NCBI RefSeq assembly: GCF_009914755.1
Contig: NC_060926.1
DNA length: 64,000 nucleotides
Origin: the human T2T-CHM13v2.0 reference genome, Homo sapiens
Reading direction: 5' to 3' (one strand)
Under the pieces are notes generated by a model. The model saw nothing but the letters and a program-made list of their open reading frames with translations. It was not told where the DNA came from and searched no databases. The position numbers were made by a program, and so were the translations under genes. Within the stretch, counting starts at the first letter, position 1. Each line of letters begins with the position of its first letter. Positions 58,776-64,000 of this stretch are shown here, in pieces.

Positions 58776-60799
58776 AAATTGTTACGCTCTCTTGTCCACT
58801 AAATCTCAGGTAGAAAATATCTGTCAAAAGTATAGATACCCTCAGTATGTCAAAACATGAAGTTTCTAGACACAAACTCCATTGACCCAATTCCTAAAAT
58901 TCTTCCAAAATTCTTCTCTTCACTCTGAATCCCCTGAGGGGGATAAAGATGAGAGGGGTGTTCAAGACTATGGGGCCAAGAGGTAGGGAAGGGATAAAAA
59001 ATGTTGTAAGACCTTGAATGTGTGAGGCTTCTGAAGGAGTCTTTGCAAGACAAGAGTTGGTTTTTATTTGCCATAAAGGATTTCAGTAATGCTGCTCCTC
59101 ATGTGACTCATGCACTTGTAGACTGGCCAGCTAACAACACATTTGTTTACAGAAAAGTGACGAAATATGGAAAGTATCACTGCTAATTGTATTTCTATTG
59201 TACCCCTTTCATTTTCTTTCCGGACTAGAAGCTCTGGAGCTTTCTTCATTCTTTTATTAAGAACAAAATGACCAGCAGGAGAACAATGTGAAATTCACTG
59301 AGACCTGAATGAAATGCAAGAAAATATTATTATGAAATGGTCTACCTAATTAATAATGTTGGTAAATTGAACTTCAGTGTCTGGTTGACAGCTGACTTAA
59401 TATAACCTAAATAGGAAGACAATAAAACTCATCTAGGGAAACTCATTTTAAAGTTTATTAATGTTGTTTTCCTCAGTCTGTACGCCTGCTGGCAAATCAT
59501 TTTATTTTCAGTGATAGAGTCCTGCAGAACCCCATTATAGGCTGTATGACCTACATTATGGTCCTTCTGTGTTAGAGTGGGAGTGACAGACAGTCCATCC
59601 CCATCTGGAAATATCATTTAATGCATGCTATGACTGATTAGATGGAACAACCTCTTTCTACATAATGAAGTTTACTACAGAGAAATTTACAGGAAAAATA
59701 TTCAGTAAACACTAAAATACCAAATATTTGCATCTCTATCAATGATCATCTGGTCTCTCTCCCTAAAATCCTATAACTGTACATTTTAACATAGCTGTAA
59801 ACACAGTGTGTGCACGCGGTTTTGTGTTTTTACTTTCTTCACCTAACATATCGCATGCATATTTCCATAATGGAATACACAATACAATTTTAAAGCCCAC
59901 AGACGGTTTAACATATTGATGTATTTAGTGAATATTTTAATACCACTTTTCTGTGCTGAAGCTAATATCCTAACATCTGCCAATTGGAAGTAATTTTTAA
60001 CTGAATTAAACATGTATGTACTTGTTTCCCAGGACACACAAGCCTAAAAGATGAACGATACGGTGTTTATACTTCTCCCTAGGAAGAGCCATAGGCCTTG
60101 GGCCCCATCAAGGTAATTCTGGACCCTAGCCCCAGGTCCCTTTCTTGTGATGATAGAATTCTTTTGAGGCTTTGCATATGTTCTTGGAGAGCCATTATCA
60201 TTTTCCTCTTTGCCCCCATATGGCTCTCCAGCTGCTACATATTGAGCATGCTTAGTGTCTTTCTATCACCCCTTGACTGCCTTTCTGAATGTTGGTATTT
60301 CCTTTCTTGGTGTGGTTCTAGTTGCATAACCCTCAGGAAGTTGCTGTCCTGATTTGGGGAAGGAATCTCTTTCCATCATGGATAAAATCATGCTATTGCT
60401 TCTCAGCTTTTATCCATGCACTCATTCATTCATCAGATAGCAATGAGCACTTTCTAAGGCTTTGGTCCAATGCATGACACTGGGGATATAGTGGTAGACA
60501 TGCAGATACAGTCTCTCCCTATGAAGATTACAGTCTTGCAGTTGTCTTCCATGACTCCACGTTAGTGTTGTTGTTATTTTTACTTACTTTTTAAATGTAG
60601 TATTACCTCACTACCACCAACCTCCATGAACATAGTGAATTTAGACTATACTGTCACCACTGATATCCAATCAATATCCCCAGGGCATTATAATATATTG
60701 TCTCCCCTAAGGAGCAAAATTTTTCCTCCTCTAACTTATTCATTGAAAGGTTAAGTTTGTCCCCTGAACTTCCTCTCAGCCTCATTTTTATAAGTATGA

Positions 60800-61238
<439 letters not shown>

Positions 61239-62083
61239 ACCTATATATAACCTATATATAAATTTTTATACCTAACAATGTATGTAAGGTGCCTCACTTT
61301 GAATTAAGTAATGTAGACTCATGTGTTTCATATATTGATATAACACAACATGCTAAAATGGCTAAAAATGAGAGCTATAGAAATAAATTTGCTGTTCATA
61401 TTCAGGATTTCTGAGGCTGGTGACAGTATCCTAGCAACCACTACCTGTTACTTGAAGCCACCTAAGTTAAAAGTTGATTGCAGAATGAGGAGATGAAGGG
61501 GGTTAGAAAGGAAGGTGAAATGGAAAATCAACCATTGAAAACCCCCAGGGATGAAAGCCTTCTATTTTATTATCTTAAAATGTCTGAAGTGTAATATGGG
61601 AGAGGACTTGGTGAAGTTCCTTCAACATTTTATATAATATCCTGGGGGTAAAGAGGAAAGCTTGACTTCCTCCTTTCCTTCAAAGAGCTCTTAATTCCCT
61701 TGTGTTTTTACTTACTGTCCCCAGTGTGCTAGCTACTGCAGGGACACGAAGACAAATAGGACATCTGGGATGAGCCAGATGGAGCTTAATTTAGGCTTTG
61801 ACATGGGCAGATGACCTTTCTTAATTTTAGATTCTTCAAGTCACAAGAGATAAAATTATGACCTTTCAGATTGTTGAGAACATATTTAAAAGTCTCCTGC
61901 ACCTTGTATTGGCATATGGTTAACCAGTCGCTTCCTTCCTTCCTGTTTCTTTTCTTCATTTTCCCTATTTCCTCCCTTCTTTCCCTACAAGCCTTTATTT
62001 CTCCCTTTCAATATTAAAAAGATGATAAGCTCCTTTCTAAGGTCAAACTAATTTTAATGATAAACATTTATATCTCAACATCA

Positions 62084-62126
<43 letters not shown>

Positions 62127-62246
62127 TATAAATGTATACTTGTTAGATTAGAATAGGAATGCCACAGAACTTCATAAAGGGTTATAAAAAATACATGTAC
62201 TAAAATATGTAACAACATGTAACCGTAACAAAAGACATAAAGGCTC

Positions 62247-62604
62247 TGATATGGTTTGGCTGTGTCCCCACCCAAATCTCATCTTGAATTGTAGTTCCCA
62301 TAATTCCCACATGTTGTGGAAGGGACCTGGTGGGAGATAAATGGAATCATGGGGGCAGTTTCCCTCATACTGTTCTCATGGTAGTGAATAAGTCTCACAA
62401 GATCTGATGGTTTTATAAGGGGTTTCCCCTTTCACTTGGCTCTCACACTCTCTTGCCTGATGCCATATAAGACATGCCTTTTGCCTTCCACCATTATTGT
62501 GAGGCAGCCCCAGCCACGTGGAACTGTGAGTTCCTGAAACCTCTTTTTTCTTTATAAATTACCCAGTCTTGGGTTTATCAGCAGCATGAAAATGGACTAA
62601 TACA
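62247..62604 (+). mobile_element. THE1B/C-type solo LTR
   Basis: TGATATGGTTTGGCTGTGTCCCCACCCAAATCTC...GGACTAATACA. Imperfect 5-bp TSD GGCTC/TGCTC. Confidence 0.93.
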
Positions 62605-62761
62605 TGCTCCATTTGGCTACAGTTGTTATGCAAATATATGTGCATCTCATGTCAGATGTGATGTCAGTAAGGGAAGGTGGTGAGAAAAAGTATACATGTA
62701 TTTTGGAGGGGACACATTGAAACCACAGCAGAAGACATGGAGGTAGAGTTGGGGAGTGGGT

Positions 62762-63104
62762 TGGTATGATTTGGCTGTGTCCCCACCCAAAATATCATCT
62801 TGAATTATAATCCCCACTTGTCAAGGGTGGAACCAGGTGGAGGTAATTGGCTCATGGGGGCGGTTCCCCTATGCTGTTCTGGTGATAGTGCATGAGTCTC
62901 ACGAGAGCTGATGGTTTTATAAGCATCTGGCATTTCCCCTGCATGTACTCACTCTGTCCTGCCGCCCTTGAAGAAGGTGCCTGCTTCTCCTTTGCCTTCC
63001 GCCATGATTGTACTTTTCCTAAGGCCTCCCCAGCAACGCGGAACTGTGAGTTAATTAAACCTCTTCCCTGTATAAATTACCCAGTCTTGGGCAGTTCTTC
63101 ATAG
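62762..63104 (+). mobile_element. THE1D-like LTR, 3' end missing
   Basis: GGCTGTGTCCCCACCCAAA..CATCTGGCATTTCCCCTGC..TATAAATTACCCAGTCTTGGGCAGTTCTT. Confidence 0.88.
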
Positions 63105-63199
63105 AAAGATGTATTCATAATTTCATAAAACATTACAACCCATCAGAATCTGATTGAGAAAATCAAAGTGATATTCATGATAAAAACAACCAATATTTA

Positions 63200-63420
63200 T
63201 GATAGTAACAATAAAAGCACAAGAACATTTATTAGGGATTTATGCATAGATCATCTCTTCTGATCCTTACTATAATCCTGTGACACAGTTTTTATTGTCA
63301 CTTTCAAAAAGACTAAAGTTTAAGGTATGAGATCCCTATGAAATGGTAGAGGTAGGTAGAATTTGAAACCAACTCTTATGATTCTAAATCCTATGTTCTT
63401 TCTCCTATAGTATGCTGTTC
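63200..63420 (-). mobile_element. MIR relic
   Basis: AACATTTATT..GATCCTTACTATAATCCTGTGA..GAATTTGAAACC..GATTCTAAATCCTATGTTCTT. Confidence 0.55.
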
Positions 63421-64000
63421 ATATTTTCAAATAATTATATATATAAGAAGCCCTCCCTTATAGAAGTATAGAAGTTTATATCAAAGATTAGGGGAGAAAA
63501 CTGTAGTTTTTCTCACCACCTTCCCTTACCCATATCACATCTGACACAGAGACACACACACATTTGCATACACAGTTGTAACCAAATGGAGCCTTCATGT
63601 CTTTTGCTAGATACATGTTGTTACATATTTTAGTACATTTTTAAATAACACTTTATGAAGCTCTGTGACATTCCCGTTCTAGTCTAGCAGGTTTTTCTCA
63701 AATAATGACTTCTTAAAGAATAGATTTTTAAATGAATTTAATCTTTCATTTTGAACAAATGATTTGATCTTGAACAATATTTATTTAGACCTTATTGAAT
63801 AGATATGCTTGGAATTTTATGTCATTAGCCAATATACATTAATCCCTTTGGCTCTTATTTCACAAACCTTTAAGAATGGCAGCAATTCTTTTGTTGCATC
63901 TCAACTTGCCTTCTATCAGCAAGGAACTCTGCTACTGACTGTGGTAACATATCCATACTTGAGTGTGCGATGAGTGTTGTGATAATGGCAGAGAGAAAGG

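Noticed and set aside
62247-63104. Paired LTRs as a collapsed provirus
   Set aside because: The LTRs differ substantially, the first has its own TSD, and the spacer does not look like THE1 internal sequence.

Overview
This is AT-rich, non-coding primate genomic DNA, most likely human or ape given the AluY, L1PA3/4-type and THE1 elements, and it is either intergenic or intronic. I can support no protein-coding exon, RNA gene or CRISPR array. The listed ORFs are Alu-, L1-, LTR- or MER-derived, or are chance open frames. The window holds about 14 Alus, several L1 fragments, MaLR/ERVL solo LTRs, DNA-transposon MITEs, MIR/L2 relics and microsatellites. I found no convincing novel gene system. The most interesting signals are mutational fossils: (1) a complex deletion/inversion/templated-duplication rearrangement with three microhomology junctions at about 17.9-21.4 kb; (2) an isolated antisense L1 5'UTR fragment inserted with a 12-bp target-site duplication (TSD); (3) a young 227-bp tandem duplication; (4) a near-perfect hairpin that replaces the middle of a MIR; (5) a 57-bp element present twice; and (6) a few motif-dense candidate enhancers. 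Repeat subfamily names come from recalled consensus sequences, not from a RepeatMasker run, and the boundaries of old repeats are approximate.
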